Shown: positions 40,607 through 54,186 of the stretch, piece by piece
Numbering within the stretch: position 1 is the first letter of the stretch
Layout of the letters: each line of letters starts with the position of its first letter
NCBI GenBank assembly: GCA_951406725.2
Contig: OX597821.1
Span: 114,080,001 to 114,144,000, forward strand
DNA length: 64,000 nt
Direction: 5' to 3'
From: Octopus vulgaris
Taxonomy: Eukaryota
Position numbers and translations under genes: made by a program
Notes under the pieces: generated by a model
The model's database searches: none
What the model saw: only the letters and a program-made list of their open reading frames with translations
What the model was told of the DNA's origin: nothing

Positions 40607-40986
40607 AATTTCTTTATTGCCCACAAGGGGCTAAACATAGAGTGGACAAACAAGGACAGACAAAGGGATTAAGTCGATTATATCGACCTCAGTGCGTAAC
40701 TGGTACTTAATATATCGACCCCGAAAGGATGAAAGGCAAAGTCGACCTCGGCGGAATTTGAACTCAGAACATAACGGCAGACGAAATACCTATTTCTTTA
40801 CTATACACAATGGGCTAAACACAGAGGAGACAAACAAGGACGGACAAAAGGATTAAGACGATTATATCGACCCCAGTGCGTATCTGGTACTTAATTTATC
40901 GACCCCGAAAGGATGAAAGGCAAAGTCGACCTCAGCGGAATTTAAACTCAGAACGTAACGGCAGACGAAATACGGCTACGCATTTC
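40607..40986 (-). mobile_element. Tandem dimer of SINE family A
   Basis: Junction GACGAAATACCTATTTC near 40786. Confidence 0.9.
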
Positions 40987-42334
40987 TTCGAATAATGTTA
41001 CTATATTTATTATAGGATATCATTAATAATACTGAGAGGCTGAGGGTTATGGATAGCGCTTGATGATTTCCCTGCCATCCAACTCGTTTGGTTGGTCTTA
41101 TGCCCATATATTGGATGGGGTTGGCCTGTTTGTCTGAGGGAGAAAAGTGGGTTACACTGAGAAAATAAATATATATTTGTATTATAAATGTATGCAAGAA
41201 GGGGTTGTAAGAGAACAGTCGAAATAGCTTCCTTTTTTAATATTCATTCTCAGAAAATAAAAATATTACATCAAAGTAGCTCTTTTCCTTATCTACTTAT
41301 CTCTTTCTCCCATACGGTTTTGATCAATTTATTTTTCGACATTACCATATAACATTCCTATCTCACTTCAGTTTCTGTACGTATTTATTGTGTCAAGTTG
41401 CTGCAGGTATTAGTAATACATAGCCTACCTACCCACAGAAAAAAAAAACCCGACCTTTTTGTTATACAACAAACATGGCAAAATACTTTTTTCTCACACT
41501 TGTTCACTGTATAACTCAGTACCGTTACAAACAATAACTAGTTCCTCTTCATTCTATCGACGTGTTATAAAGATATGGGCGACTTACACTCCTGCCCGTA
41601 TCTTTACAACACGTCCATGTCTTTATCAAACCATGTATTTATCTACCAATACCTATCGATATTCATGTATCAATCTAGTTACCTATATATTTATTATCAA
41701 CGTTTCAAATATAATCTCAAATTCTTCTCATATCCTTGAGTCTTACTCTCCTTCAACCTCTCTTTCTGTCGCCTGTCTTCCTGCTAACGTTCTTTTTTGT
41801 TTTTCTTGTTTTCTTGCTTAATCTGGAGCCTTTAAAAGCATATAATCTGCTCGTTAATCATGAAGCGCAAGTTTCACGGCGTATGATTATGTCTTGATAG
41901 GCATCTAAATTCAATGTTAATGGTTAAATGATAATTATTAAGTGATGTTACAGTTTGTTTGCTGCTACTTCACCGTTCTTCATATCAAAATTGTAAGAGG
42001 TAAATAATAGCAGCCAAGTGCATTAGGAGATATAGCAACATAAGTAAGAGTACCGCAGTAAAGAGAAGTGAACAGACACAGAGAATGGGAACAACAATAG
42101 TACCGCAGGAAAAGGAAAAGGAAATGGAAAAAAGTAAGGGAGGAGAGAGAGAATGGAAACATATTTTTTTTTAAGTTTGAAAGAAAAAAAAATACAGAAA
42201 GAAAAAAATAATGAATTCTAGGAAAAGTCGAGAACTTAAAGACACAAATTAAGAGAAATGAAGCCAGATTCACAAGTGATGTTGCCAACAAATATAGGGG
42301 TGGGGGAGTTAGAAAAAGAAGTAATAATAATAAC

Positions 42335-42732
42335 AATCCTTTCTACTAAAGGCACAAGGCCTGAAACCTTTTGGAAGGGAGGGGACTAGTCGATTACATA
42401 GACCCCATTACGCAACTGGTACTTAATTTATCGACCTTGAAAGAATGAAAGGCAAAGTCGACCTCGGCGAAATTTGAACTCAGAACGTAACGACGAGTGA
42501 AATACCTATTTCTTTACTACCCACAAGGGGTAGAGAGGACAAACAAGGACAGACAAACGGATTAAGTCGATTACATCGACCCCAGTGCGTAACTGGTACT
42601 TATTTAATCGACCCCGAAAGGATGAAAGGCAAAGTCGACCTCGGCGGAATTTGAACTCAGAACGTAACGGCAGACGAAATACCGCTAAACATTTCGCCCG
42701 GCGTGCTAACAATTCTGCCACAATGTCACCTT
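42335..42732 (-). mobile_element. Tandem dimer of SINE family A
   Basis: Junction GACGAGTGAAATACCTATTTC near 42500, same as at 11060. Confidence 0.9.
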
Positions 42733-42745
42733 AATAATAATAATA

Positions 42746-42783
<38 letters not shown>

Positions 42784-43344
42784 GGATGAAAGACAAAGTG
42801 ATCAGGGTGATTTTCAACTCATGCGCAAAGACTCGGAACAAATTCAACTCAAACTTTCTACGTTGTCCTGACGTTTCAACTTGTAAGTTTTCCTTTTAAG
42901 GTTTCTGATCTAGGCCAGTAATTTTGAGGGTTGGTGGCAGGTCCATTATATCGAACGCAGAACTTTACTGGCTTTTTCTTTCATCTACATGGGAGGGAGG
43001 AAAGATAAAAATTACCTCAGCGGGGTTTGAACTCAGAACGTGAAGAGCCAGAATGAATACCACAAAAGAGTGAAATAATATCAGAAGATGAGAAACACAA
43101 AAAGTTATTCAAATTTGATGGCACGTCAATAGATTTCATGCAAATTACTTTTATTTTCTACAAAATAAAGATGTAACACTTCTGAATATTTGGAAAGTTG
43201 TTATGTTTAATATCTTTGGAAATCAATATAAATGGCATACCGAGATATTGTGGTTTCGTGAGCATCGTAGGCTCCAGACTGGAGATACAAAATATAAAAT
43301 TAAAGATATATGTTACATAAAATAATGGAAATCTGTGTGTCTAT

Positions 43345-43407
43345 GTGCGGTACACGACTGAGGAAAGAAAACTTCGAATGACCCGTCCTTGTTTTCTTTG
43401 TATCGTC
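43345..43407 (+). ncRNA. Atypical hammerhead-like motif in insert next to (TA)n
   Basis: CTGAGGA-AAG-AAAA-CTT-C-GAAT-GACCCGTC; GAAA replaced by GAAT, helix I imperfect. Confidence 0.3.
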
Positions 43408-43719
43408 TATCTGGATGTTTTGTTGTCCCATTTTTATATTACCTAACTGCCCGGATGTTTTGCGTTCTTGTCCTATTTTGTATATATATATATATATATA
43501 TATATATAAGTACAATAATTATTGTACTTATATACTCTAACATAAATTTGGAGTACCTTTCCCTCACGCCTGTAAGTAAAAATCCATACGTGTGTGTGTG
43601 CGCGTGCGTTTGCGTGTGTGTGTGCGCGTGCGTGTGCGTATAAATGTATATATACATAGAGATACATACAAGTATATATATAAATATATATACATAGACA
43701 TACACACACAAACGCACGC

Positions 43720-43759
<40 letters not shown>

Positions 43760-43771
43760 ATGTGTGTGTGT

Positions 43772-43923
43772 GTGGCTATGTGGTAAGAAGCTGCTTCCCA
43801 ACCACATGTTTCTAGGTTCAGTCCCACTGCGTGGCACCTTGGGCGAATGTCTTCTACTACAACCGTAGGGCTGACCAAAGCCTTGTAAGTGGATTTTGTA
43901 GACGAAAACTGAAAGAAGCCTGT

Positions 43924-43978
<55 letters not shown>

Positions 43979-44408
43979 GAAAAAAACAAAAGACGAAGAC
44001 AGGTGGTATAGAAAACAAACAGATGTATTAGTATAACGCTCGGGAATTGGAAAAGTCTTTAACGTTTCAAGCCTACGCTCTTCCACAGAAAGGAACAGAG
44101 AAAGAAACAAGGAGAGAAAAAATGTGTGTAGTGGCTACCGATCTATCAAATGTATATATTAGTATGTGTGCGTGCGCGTGCGCGTGTGTGTGTGTCTGAG
44201 TCTGTGTGTGTCCGCTATCACTTCACGACCGATGCTGGTATGCTTATGTCTCCCGTATCTTCGCGGTTCGGCAAAAGGGACCGATAGAATAAGTACTAGA
44301 ATTACAACGGATAAGTCCTGTGGACGATTTCTTCGACTAACACCCTTTAAGGCAGTACTCCAGCGTGGCTGCAGTCAAATGACTGATACAAGTAAAAGAG
44401 TAAAAGAG
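43772..44408 (+). mobile_element. SINE family B split by an insert in its internal (TA)n
   Basis: Head 43772-43926, tail 44200-44408, foreign 43978-44150 between. Confidence 0.8.
44057..44092 (-). ncRNA. Minimal hammerhead-like motif, A6-to-U variant
   Basis: CTTT-CTGTGGA-A-GAGC-GTAG-GCTT-GAAA-CG-TT-AAAG. Confidence 0.45.
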
Positions 44409-44479
<71 letters not shown>

Positions 44480-44613
44480 GGCTACTGCCATTTCGGCCAC
44501 TGGTCATAAGACAGCTATTATGCTTACTCCCCACAAAAAACCACCACGTGGATTCTGTTGAGACCAGTAAGAAACAATTATGAACTTTTTTATTACACTT
44601 AACTTTTTTAAAT

Positions 44614-44658
44614 ATTTTTGATAAGGTTCGTTTTTTCAAGAACCGAAACACGTAAAAT
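44614..44658 (+). ncRNA. Minimal hammerhead-like motif, U3-A8 core
   Basis: ATTT-TTGATAA-GGTTC-GTTTTTTCAA-GAACC-GAAA-CACG-TA-AAAT inside a ~240 bp insert (44480-44718) between (TA)n tracts. Confidence 0.55.
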
Positions 44659-44724
44659 TTCTAAGAAAATTAAAATTTATCTTATATAGTAGCGTTTTCA
44701 AACTTCTTTTTGATAAATAAATAA

Positions 44725-44776
<52 letters not shown>

Positions 44777-44882
44777 TATAATTGCGTTTTCCTGGGATTA
44801 CTACATACATATGCATACACATAAGTAGGTTGACAGATAGATAGATGCGTATGTACATCCATACGTATGTTTGTATAAGTAC

Positions 44883-44942
<60 letters not shown>

Positions 44943-45389
44943 TCAGTGTCTTTAGGAAAATATTACATGAGAATATTTTGTCGACACCATCAATATGGCG
45001 GTGGTCTGCATTTAATCCATTAGACAAGTCAACACCTGGGGCAATTTGTTAAGTTTACTCTTTGCCCCCATGAATGTCTAGACAGGAATATAGTTTGTTT
45101 TTTCAAGGGAATGTTTTGCATCTGCTAAAATGATATCCAAACGTTAGAATTTATTCTACTCACTCATCACGAATTGATGTTGTTCGTTGTGTTGTTGTTT
45201 ATCCCAAAGTTAGCACTGATCCGAGAGAGCTATGATCAGAATTATATGCAACTGTGAGCATTTCGTCGTTCTACTAACATACTGTAATCACCCTGTTTTT
45301 ATTCAATGTATTGGTTTGTCAGATAAATTCGTTCGGTATTTCGCTACTTAACTCTCCATCGTCTTATGCTTTAAAAGAGTTAAAATTTG

Positions 45390-45582
45390 GGATCTTTTCG
45401 GTTTGAACGGCAGTTTTTTTTAAATAATTTCCACGTAACTAAACAGATACCCTTCCCCTCACCTCTAACCCTAACCCTAAAACAGATTGAAATGCAATAG
45501 ATCGATACTAGGGTCATAATTATGGGTGACAATTTCATATTACACCGCTAGAAAAAAACTGCCGTTCAAACCGCAAAGATCC
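45390..45582. mobile_element. MITE with GG...CC termini and 8 bp TSD (Merlin-like)
   Basis: TIRs GGATCTTTTCGGTTTGAACGGCAGTTTTT / AAAAACTGCCGTTCAAACCGCAAAGATCC; AAAATTTG at 45382-45389 and 45583-45590; internal CTAACCCTAACCCTAA. Confidence 0.85.
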
Positions 45583-45838
45583 AAAATTTGTCATATTTTG
45601 GAAACGATAAACAAAAAGTTGTGGAGAAGGTATAGAGCTACAGAAAAGCATAAAACACGACGATAAAAGCATTTTTCGTATTAATTCAAATAACAGTGGA
45701 AAGAAACGAACTAATATTCATAAGTCTTATTATTTTTTAAAGACAGCGGCGTGGAATATGAGGTAACTTTGTTGAGCGAGTGCGCAAGAGGCTCTTTCGG
45801 TTACTCGACAAATATATTGATGTTCTTATGAAAATTGT

Positions 45839-46142
45839 AGGGGCATATGGCCTAGTGATTAGAGTAGCTGACTCGCGGTCGAGGAATCGCGGGTTCGAAT
45901 CTCAGACCGGGTGATGTTTGAGTTTATGAGCGAGACACCTAAGCTCCACGCGGTTCGAGTTGAAGGTAATGGCGAACTTCTGCTGACTCTTTCTCCACAA
46001 CCTTCTTTCACTCTTTCCTCCTGCATCTAGCAGCTCACCTGCGAGGGACCGGCGCCCCGTCTAGGTAGCAAACCTATACACCAATGGAACCAGGAAACTG
46101 GCCTTTATGAGCCAGGCAAGGCTCGAGAAGGAACAAACAACA
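45839..46142 (+). mobile_element. SINE family C variant
   Basis: TGGCCTAGTGATTAGAGTAGCTGACTCGCGGTCG...GGGTTCGAATCTC head; (AAAC)n tail. Confidence 0.8.
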
Positions 46143-46168
46143 AATACATCATAACAATGTTATACATA

Positions 46169-46409
46169 CTCCGATTAAAGCGACATTTTTCTAAACAATT
46201 TCAATAACAATTATGAATAACTTATGAAGCCTCTGGGCTTGTTTACAAATATTATATGTAGTTCTAAGCAGTTAAGTATCAATGCATAAAATTTGACGGA
46301 AATTTATGGGTGAGTGTTCTGCCTCAATCGGACGCACAATTTGATTTGTGGATTCGATTCTAGCTGGAGTTAGCTCAACATTTTTCAGTTAATGTCGCTT
46401 TAATCGGGG
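46169..46409. mobile_element. Tc1/mariner-type MITE
   Basis: TA|CTCCGATTAAAGCGACATT ... AATGTCGCTTTAATCGGGG|TA. Confidence 0.8.
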
Positions 46410-46454
<45 letters not shown>

Positions 46455-46457
<3 letters not shown>

Positions 46458-46767
46458 GGCGCAAAGGCCCAATGGTTAGGGCAGCGGACTCGCGTTCGTC
46501 GGATCGCGGTTTCGATTCCCATACCGGGTGTTGTGAGTGTTTATTGAGCGAAAAACACCTAAAGCTCCATGAAGCTCCGGCAGGGGGCGGTGGCGATCCC
46601 TCCCGTACTCTTTCGCCACAACTTTCTCTCACTCTTTCTTCTGTTGGCCTGCTCGCTTAGCCAGCGGGGGTGCCGTCATTTGAAGACTAAAACAATGCGA
46701 AGCGCATTGTGCCCAGCGATGTGTAGCAACATCTGATGGCCTGGTCGGTCACGGTGATCACGGTGGT
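46455..46767 (+). mobile_element. SINE family C, full length
   Basis: Close match to 53870-54156; both sit between (TG)n and (TA)n. Confidence 0.9.
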
Positions 46768-46791
46768 ATATATATATATATATATATATTA

Positions 46792-46827
<36 letters not shown>

Positions 46828-46914
46828 GCATTATTATTATGTAGTTATTATCGTATAAATATGACTTTGGTTGTTGCTTTTTCAGTGTAACTTATCAAGC
46901 TAAATTATATATAC

Positions 46915-47320
46915 CCTTTTACTCTTTTACTTGTTTCAGTCATTTGACTGCGGCCATGCTGGTGCACCGCCTTTAATCGAGCAACTCGACCCCGAGACTT
47001 ATTCTTTGTAAGCCCAGTACTTATTCTATCGGTCTCTTTTGCCGAACCGCTAAGTGACGAGACAAACACACACCAGCATCGGTTGTCAACCGATGTTGGG
47101 AGAACAAACACAGACATACAAACATACACGCACACACATATATATATACATATATACGACGGGCTTCTTTCAGTTTCCGTCTACCAAATCCACTCACAAG
47201 GCTTTGGTCGGCCCGGGGCTATAGTAGAAGACACTTGCCCAAGGTGCCACGCAGTGGGACTGAACCCGGAACCATGTGGTTGGTAAACAAGCTACTTACC
47301 ACACAGCCACTGCTGCGTCT
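46915..47320 (-). mobile_element. SINE family B, full length
   Basis: Reverse complement of 50719-51122 type. Confidence 0.9.
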
Positions 47321-47688
47321 ATATTTATATATCGTATATAAATTGCAGAATGTTTGGGCTTTCATACGAGTATCTCCTACAAAACAAATACGGGTTTACT
47401 GAATTTGAAGCCAAACGGTCAAAAACATTTTGGCAGAAAGACTTAGATGAATTAAACCAAAATATAAAAGTTCAATTGGTTTGTGGAAAATGAGACTATG
47501 ATGATCTAGAAACGTCGAATATCAATTTAGGAATGTTATTGCCCAACACTAAACAAAACTTAAAAATATGAAAAACCTAAAATAAAAAACAAATATATAA
47601 TACTTAAATACAGTCGTGTGTTTATTGCAACGTACGTATACCTTCATACATATGCACACATACACACGCTGATATATCATATATACAT

Positions 47689-47918
47689 ATCTTTATTGCC
47701 CACAAGGGCCTAAACATAGAGGGGACAAACAAGGACAGACAAACGGATTAAGTCGATTACATCAATCCCAGTGCGTAACTGGTACTTAATTTATCAACCC
47801 CGAAAGGATGAAAGGCAAAGTCGACTTCGGCGGAATTTGAACTCAGAACGTAACGGCAGACGAAATACGACTACGCATTTCGCCCGGCGAGCTAACGTTT
47901 CTGCCAGTCCGCCGCCTT
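47689..47918 (-). mobile_element. SINE family A with long TSD
   Basis: GCTGATATATCATATATA duplicated at 47668 and 47923. Confidence 0.9.
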
Positions 47919-48276
47919 ATATGCTGATATATCATATATATACATATATGCGAGTGCGTACGTGTGTGAGTGTTATATTGTTGTTAGGCGTCCGGTTAAG
48001 CCAATTGTTTGCATCCGGTAAACATTGCAATTTGAAAGACAATTGACCGAGTTTAAATGAATAAATGAATATAAATCTCTATATTTATATCATGTATTGA
48101 GTACAAAATTTGGAAGAGGTGCACTACGACTGAACAAAATTCAAGAAATATATATGTGTGTGTGTGTGTGTATGTATATATATATACAAAGAGAAAGAGA
48201 GATGCATGCTTGTATACATATAAATAGAAATGTATATACCTACGTGCGCATTTGTATACATATATATATGTATATA

Positions 48277-48329
<53 letters not shown>

Positions 48330-48348
48330 CTGTGTGTGTGTGTGTGTA

Positions 48349-48431
<83 letters not shown>

Positions 48432-48432
48432 A

Positions 48433-48515
<83 letters not shown>

Positions 48516-49076
48516 ATACGAGAAACGCCTATGAATGTTCATGTGATAAATTTATGAAACAAAATGCAAAAATGCCTTTAAAAAAATCGCGAATTAAATT
48601 TTCTTGGTAAAATCTTGAACTGAAGCACTACGTTGAACATGTCACGGCTGGTGATGAGTGGAACAACATTAATCTAACATCTTCTAAAATTAAACAAAAT
48701 AACTTACGACCACAGATGGTTCTCTTTCTAAGTACATACTCCTTCTATGTCGGGTGTAATCACCTAATGACATTTAGTAAACCGCTAAAAATGCAGTTCT
48801 TCGAGTACTTAACTGTCAAACGGAAACTGACGCATTTTATTCCATTGAAAAGTGTGAATCGAACCCAGATGTCATAGTGTTTGAATAAAGCACTTCCTTA
48901 TAAACGACCTCCTCTACTCTATACTACTCTGTTCTGTTTTTCGCATACCATTTCTAACATTGTTGTTTAGCTTCTGATTTTGTGAATCAATTTCGTTGCT
49001 CAACCTACCCTTGTACCGTTTATATATTACACAATTCTTCAATCTTCCCTTCATTTGTATAAATATTATACTTATA

Positions 49077-49308
49077 TATTTCTTTATTGCCCACAAGGGG
49101 CTACACACAGAGCGGACAAACAAGGACAGACAAACGGATTAAGTCGATTACATCGACCCCAGTGATTAACTGGTACTTATTTAATCGACCCCGAAAGGAT
49201 GAAAGGCAAAGTCGACCTCGGCGGAATTTGAACTCAGAACGTAACGGCAGACGAAATACGGCTACGCATTTCGCCCGGCGTGCTAACGTTTTTGCCAGCT
49301 CGCCGCCT
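49077..49308 (-). mobile_element. SINE family A with 24 bp TSD
   Basis: ATTTGTATAAATATTATACTTATA at 49053-49076 and 49310-49333. Confidence 0.92.
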
Positions 49309-49484
49309 TATTTGTATAAATATTATACTTATAGCGGCCAATTGAGTAAAGTTTCAAGAGGGCTAGACCCTATTCTCTTTCATATCTTCACAAAATGGTG
49401 ATCATGTAAATGAGACGTGGCGAAATATCAATTAAAGTTGATCATTTCTTTAAAATCGACGGAGCGACTCAGCTAGAAACAGCA

Positions 49485-49810
49485 TAGGTGAGGCTGTGTG
49501 ATAAGAAATTTGCGTCCCAACTACATGGTTCTGGGTTCAGTTCCCTGCGTGGTATCTTGGGCAAGTGTCTTCTTGTATTGTGCCAGGCCGACACAATGTT
49601 AGTGGATTTGATAGACAGAAACTGAAAGAAGCCCGTCCTATATTTATGTGTGTGTATATGTGTATGAGCGTGTGCTTGTCTGTGTGTGCGTGTGTGTGTG
49701 TTTGTGTGTGTTTGTGTGGCTATGTGCTCGTCTTGCACCATCGATTGACAACCGGTATTGGTTTATATCCTCGTGACTTAGCGGTTCGGCGTAAGACATC
49801 AACAGCATAA
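49485..49810 (+). mobile_element. SINE family B, diverged, 3'-truncated
   Basis: GGCTGTGTGATAAGAA...TCTTGGGCAAGTGTC...ACTTAGCGGTTCGGC. Confidence 0.75.
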
Positions 49811-49877
49811 GATTGAATAAATTTAAAACTAATATTTCTATATAAGTTTCTCTATTTTAATTTTTTTCTCTCATTAA

Positions 49878-50087
49878 AGGGCGAGAATCGTTAACGTGTC
49901 GAGCAAAAGCTTAGCGGCATTTATTCCCGTTGTTATACATTCTGAATTCAAATTGCAACGAGTTCGATTTAGCCTTTTATCCTTTCGGAATCGATATAAT
50001 AAGTGCCAGCTGACCACTGAGATTGATGTAGTTGATTTACCACCACCATCCCTAAATTTCCTGGCCTTGTACCAAAATTTGAAACCA
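49878..50087 (+). mobile_element. SINE family A, diverged
   Basis: GAATCGTTAAC...GCTTAGCGGCATTT...CAAAATTTGAAACCA. Confidence 0.7.
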
Positions 50088-50718
50088 CTGTTGTATTTCT
50101 CCTTCATGAGATTCTAAAATTATATTTTTTTCACTAACATTTTCAAGTCAATCCAAAATGCAAATCCAAATTAGACCAGAAGTCTTCACGGTATTATATG
50201 TTTTCATGGGCAGATAACTCAACAGTACTTGTCTCTCTCCAAGTATGCTTGATAGTTGTTTTCACCGCGAGTATCTTTGATCATTTGAAAGATCAAATTT
50301 TAAATTCTGCTTCGTACCCACACGCCCACCGCACCCGATAAAATGGAAATAGCTTAGCCGACAACCATCCAACCATTAGACAAATCATACAACGGTTACA
50401 ACGGTATCGGTAATAAGTGGAATCTGACCATTCTTTTGCTTAAAATTTCGTTCATTCCATATTTCCATGTGCCGTTCCTCCGCCCCACTCACACGCATAC
50501 ACCATCACAAACACTTTCAAGAGACACAACTAACCGAGTTGTGAGATTTCTTCCATTTGTCAAGAGATCGATGATTCACGTCAGATATTAAGATATTGAT
50601 CTAGTGTTGGATTAATACACAGGACTAAATATTGATTCCACTGTGATTAATATAATCCAGAATTGTTTTATACTCTAATGAAGGAAGCTGCTTTTTAATT
50701 AGTTCGAAGTATATTATT

Positions 50719-51122
50719 AGACGCAGGAGTGGCTGTGTGGTAAGAAGCTTGCTTCCCAACCACATGGTTCTGGGTTCATTCCCACTGCGTGGCACCTTGG
50801 GCAAGTGTCTCCTACTATAGCCTCGGGCCGACCAAAGCCTTGTGAGTGGATTTGGTAAACGGAAACTGAAAGAAGCTCGTCGTATATATATATGTGTGTG
50901 TGTGTGGGTGTGTGTGTGTGTTGTCTGTGTCTGTGTTTGTCCCCCACCATCGCTTGACAACCGATGTTGGTGTGTTTATGTCCCCGTCACTTAGCGGTGC
51001 GGCAAAAAGAGACCGATAGAATAAGTACTAGGCTTACAAAGAATAAGTCCTGGAGTCGATTTGTTCGACTAAAGGTGGTGCTCCAGCATGGCCGCAGTCA
51101 CATGACTGAAACAAGTGAAAGA
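50719..51122 (+). mobile_element. SINE family B, full length
   Basis: Complete head-microsatellite-tail structure. Confidence 0.9.
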
Positions 51123-51479
51123 GTACTATAACTAAAAGAAAGTAATTATTAAAGTCTACGCTGACGAGAAAATTCTTTAAATTTCTAATTTTAATATATT
51201 TTTAACAAAATGTGGTTTTCAACTTCTTTTACTATTGAAGATTTCAACAACAGAGAATGAATTCCCTGCGATGAAACAAGTTCCAGTTGAGCACTGAGGT
51301 CAATGTAATCGACTAGCACCCTACCACAAAATTTCTGGTTTTGAGCCAAAATTTGACACTAATATGTTAGAAAATGGTACCGAATACGGATCCTATAGAT
51401 TCTTCTGGTTCAGAGTATTAGCTTGTTTGGTATTGTAATGAACAAATCATACATAGTAATTATTACCTAAAAACACATT

Positions 51480-51871
51480 TACTCCTTGAATAAGTTTTCC
51501 TTTCTGGTGATTTTTGCTGATGTTATTGGCTTCCATATTAGTCATTTTGTGGTATGTTTATATTAAAATCATTTGTCTGTTTATCATTAAAAAAAAGTCC
51601 GTGTACAGAGAGTACACTACTTCTCTAATACACACTCAATGCCTTACAGCAATCACAAAAGGAAGAAATCACTGAAGACCATTTGGTTGTCATTTCCGTA
51701 GCATCTTAGCAATGATATATTTTTAGGAGGAAAAAACAAGGAAAAATAATGTAAAGCTTCAGAATCTGCTGACAAAGCATGAAGCTGGGACGTTTTGTTT
51801 TTGTTCAACAAAAAGCTATCTATCATTCTACGTTTAACAATTCAATCTGGTGTTATTTAATAAAGGGTTAA
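51480..51871 (+). pseudogene. Possible degraded piggyBac 3' end
   Basis: Frameshifted ADV...WYVYIKII-like segment and terminal AAAGGG|TTAA. Confidence 0.35.
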
Positions 51872-53732
51872 GAGGGAAGGAGTGGGCATGAGTATTGTTG
51901 TAAGACAGGATGTTGTTGCATGCAGTTTTAATAGGTCTCAAGTATATTAACTCTCTCACATACAAACCAAATGACTATAAAATATTTAACAGGTTGTTAC
52001 AAATTTTTTAAAGATTTTGTTTCTTTTATCAATAGTCTTGTTATCAAATATATTGATTAAAACGGTAGTCAAACTGTAAAGCAGTTTATAGTAACTAGAG
52101 ATGAACCTTAAAACTATTTAAAAGAGATTTAGATACCAACATCTTACTATGACTGGTATTACCCAACACCAGCTCCAGTTATGAAACTGAACTTGGTCAT
52201 TCAAACACGGTAAACAAACTGAGGTGATTTGCAAGTATTTTCTTTTATAAAAAAAATCGAGTGGAGTTGAAACCGGGCGACCGCTTGTCCTCAGCGATCT
52301 TATATTTACCAACGTCGCAATGCCTGAAGCTGAAAATGAACTCAAGACCTTATGGTATAAGCAGAGGCTTCATGACATCATAATTTCTCAGGAATTGGCA
52401 TTGATCTGGAAGAAATTATCGACTGCTTTGCAGTATATTATCCCCTTACGTTTGACAATAAACCCTTGTCCAGATCAATTTTGCTTCGAGTGTCTACTGG
52501 TTATATGATATAAAAGTGTGGATATGAAGATATGGTGAAGAAGTCCAATACAGAACCACGTAATTCCAGATTCGATTTCAATTCTAGGCACCTGAGACAA
52601 ATGTCTACTACCACAGTCTTGGATTGACTAGAATCCTGAGGCTGAAATGTGGTGTAGAAAATTCTGCAGAAACTATTTTGCAAGAACATAACTGAAGATT
52701 ATTAACGATTTCTAGTCTGAATGATATATTAATCTCAGAAAAAGACATCAGTCAGATCATGATCGGAAATCAATAAAATAATAATGTAAAGTAGATATAT
52801 TGTAAATTTATTCTTTATAATAATAGTTAATAATCCAGAGGGGTATAGTCTCCTTTTAATCTTTTTCTATCGCATAAAATGCTTTGGTTTTCTTTACTGA
52901 AGAATTGTAAGGCTCTTTTCTCTTTATTGGATATGTTTTATGTGGTACATAACAGGGTGGTACCTTTATAAACCTGTCAGCAGTACATCTTTTATACCTG
53001 GACAGGAGCATTGGTCTCTGACTCGGACACATCTCTCACTTATATGAGGCAGGAAAATCCTATTTGGACAATAGCTCAAAAGGCGATGACAAGATGTGTG
53101 GCGCAATTAGGACACTCTCTTCACAGTATACAGGCTTGCAGCCAGCCCCTGTAAAAGGAACTGGGATCCCACCATGCACCCGTGATTGCACCCGCGGTAA
53201 ATCATGGATCTATGCTTAACCGAATGGAGATCCTTGATACTGAACCAGCTGAGAGAAGATGACACCTGACAATGAGATTTTTTTACTGTAGAATCACTGG
53301 GTTTATTTAAATGTTATAGATCTTTGGTGCCAGTCTGAGTAATTCGTTAACTTGATGTTTACTTCATCCGACAGAGAACCATAAAAAGTCGTTCCCTTTT
53401 TGTTGCCTCGCCCTAATCTTGGAAGCCATGGACAGTGACTTCCCTTATCTGATAAAGACATAAAAATCGAACAAGTTTTTTTTTTTTAAATGAAATACAA
53501 AATTACTTTCCTTGACAAATATTCACAATAATGGTCAACTATTCTTTTCAGGATGGCCCCTGTAATTTCATAATTTTCCTCAAAAACAGATTTTGGAATT
53601 CGTAAATGTGAAATTATGGTTTGAGAATTGAAATTATGAAAAAATAGCATTGTAAAGATTTAAGAAGACTTAGAAAAATGTTCTGCCAATTATTTGAAAG
53701 GATGCCTGCAGATGAGTGATTGTATATGTATG

Positions 53733-54182
<450 letters not shown>

Positions 54183-54186
<4 letters not shown>

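Noticed and set aside
45460-45482. Interstitial telomere or fusion scar
   Set aside because: Under three repeat units and inside a MITE
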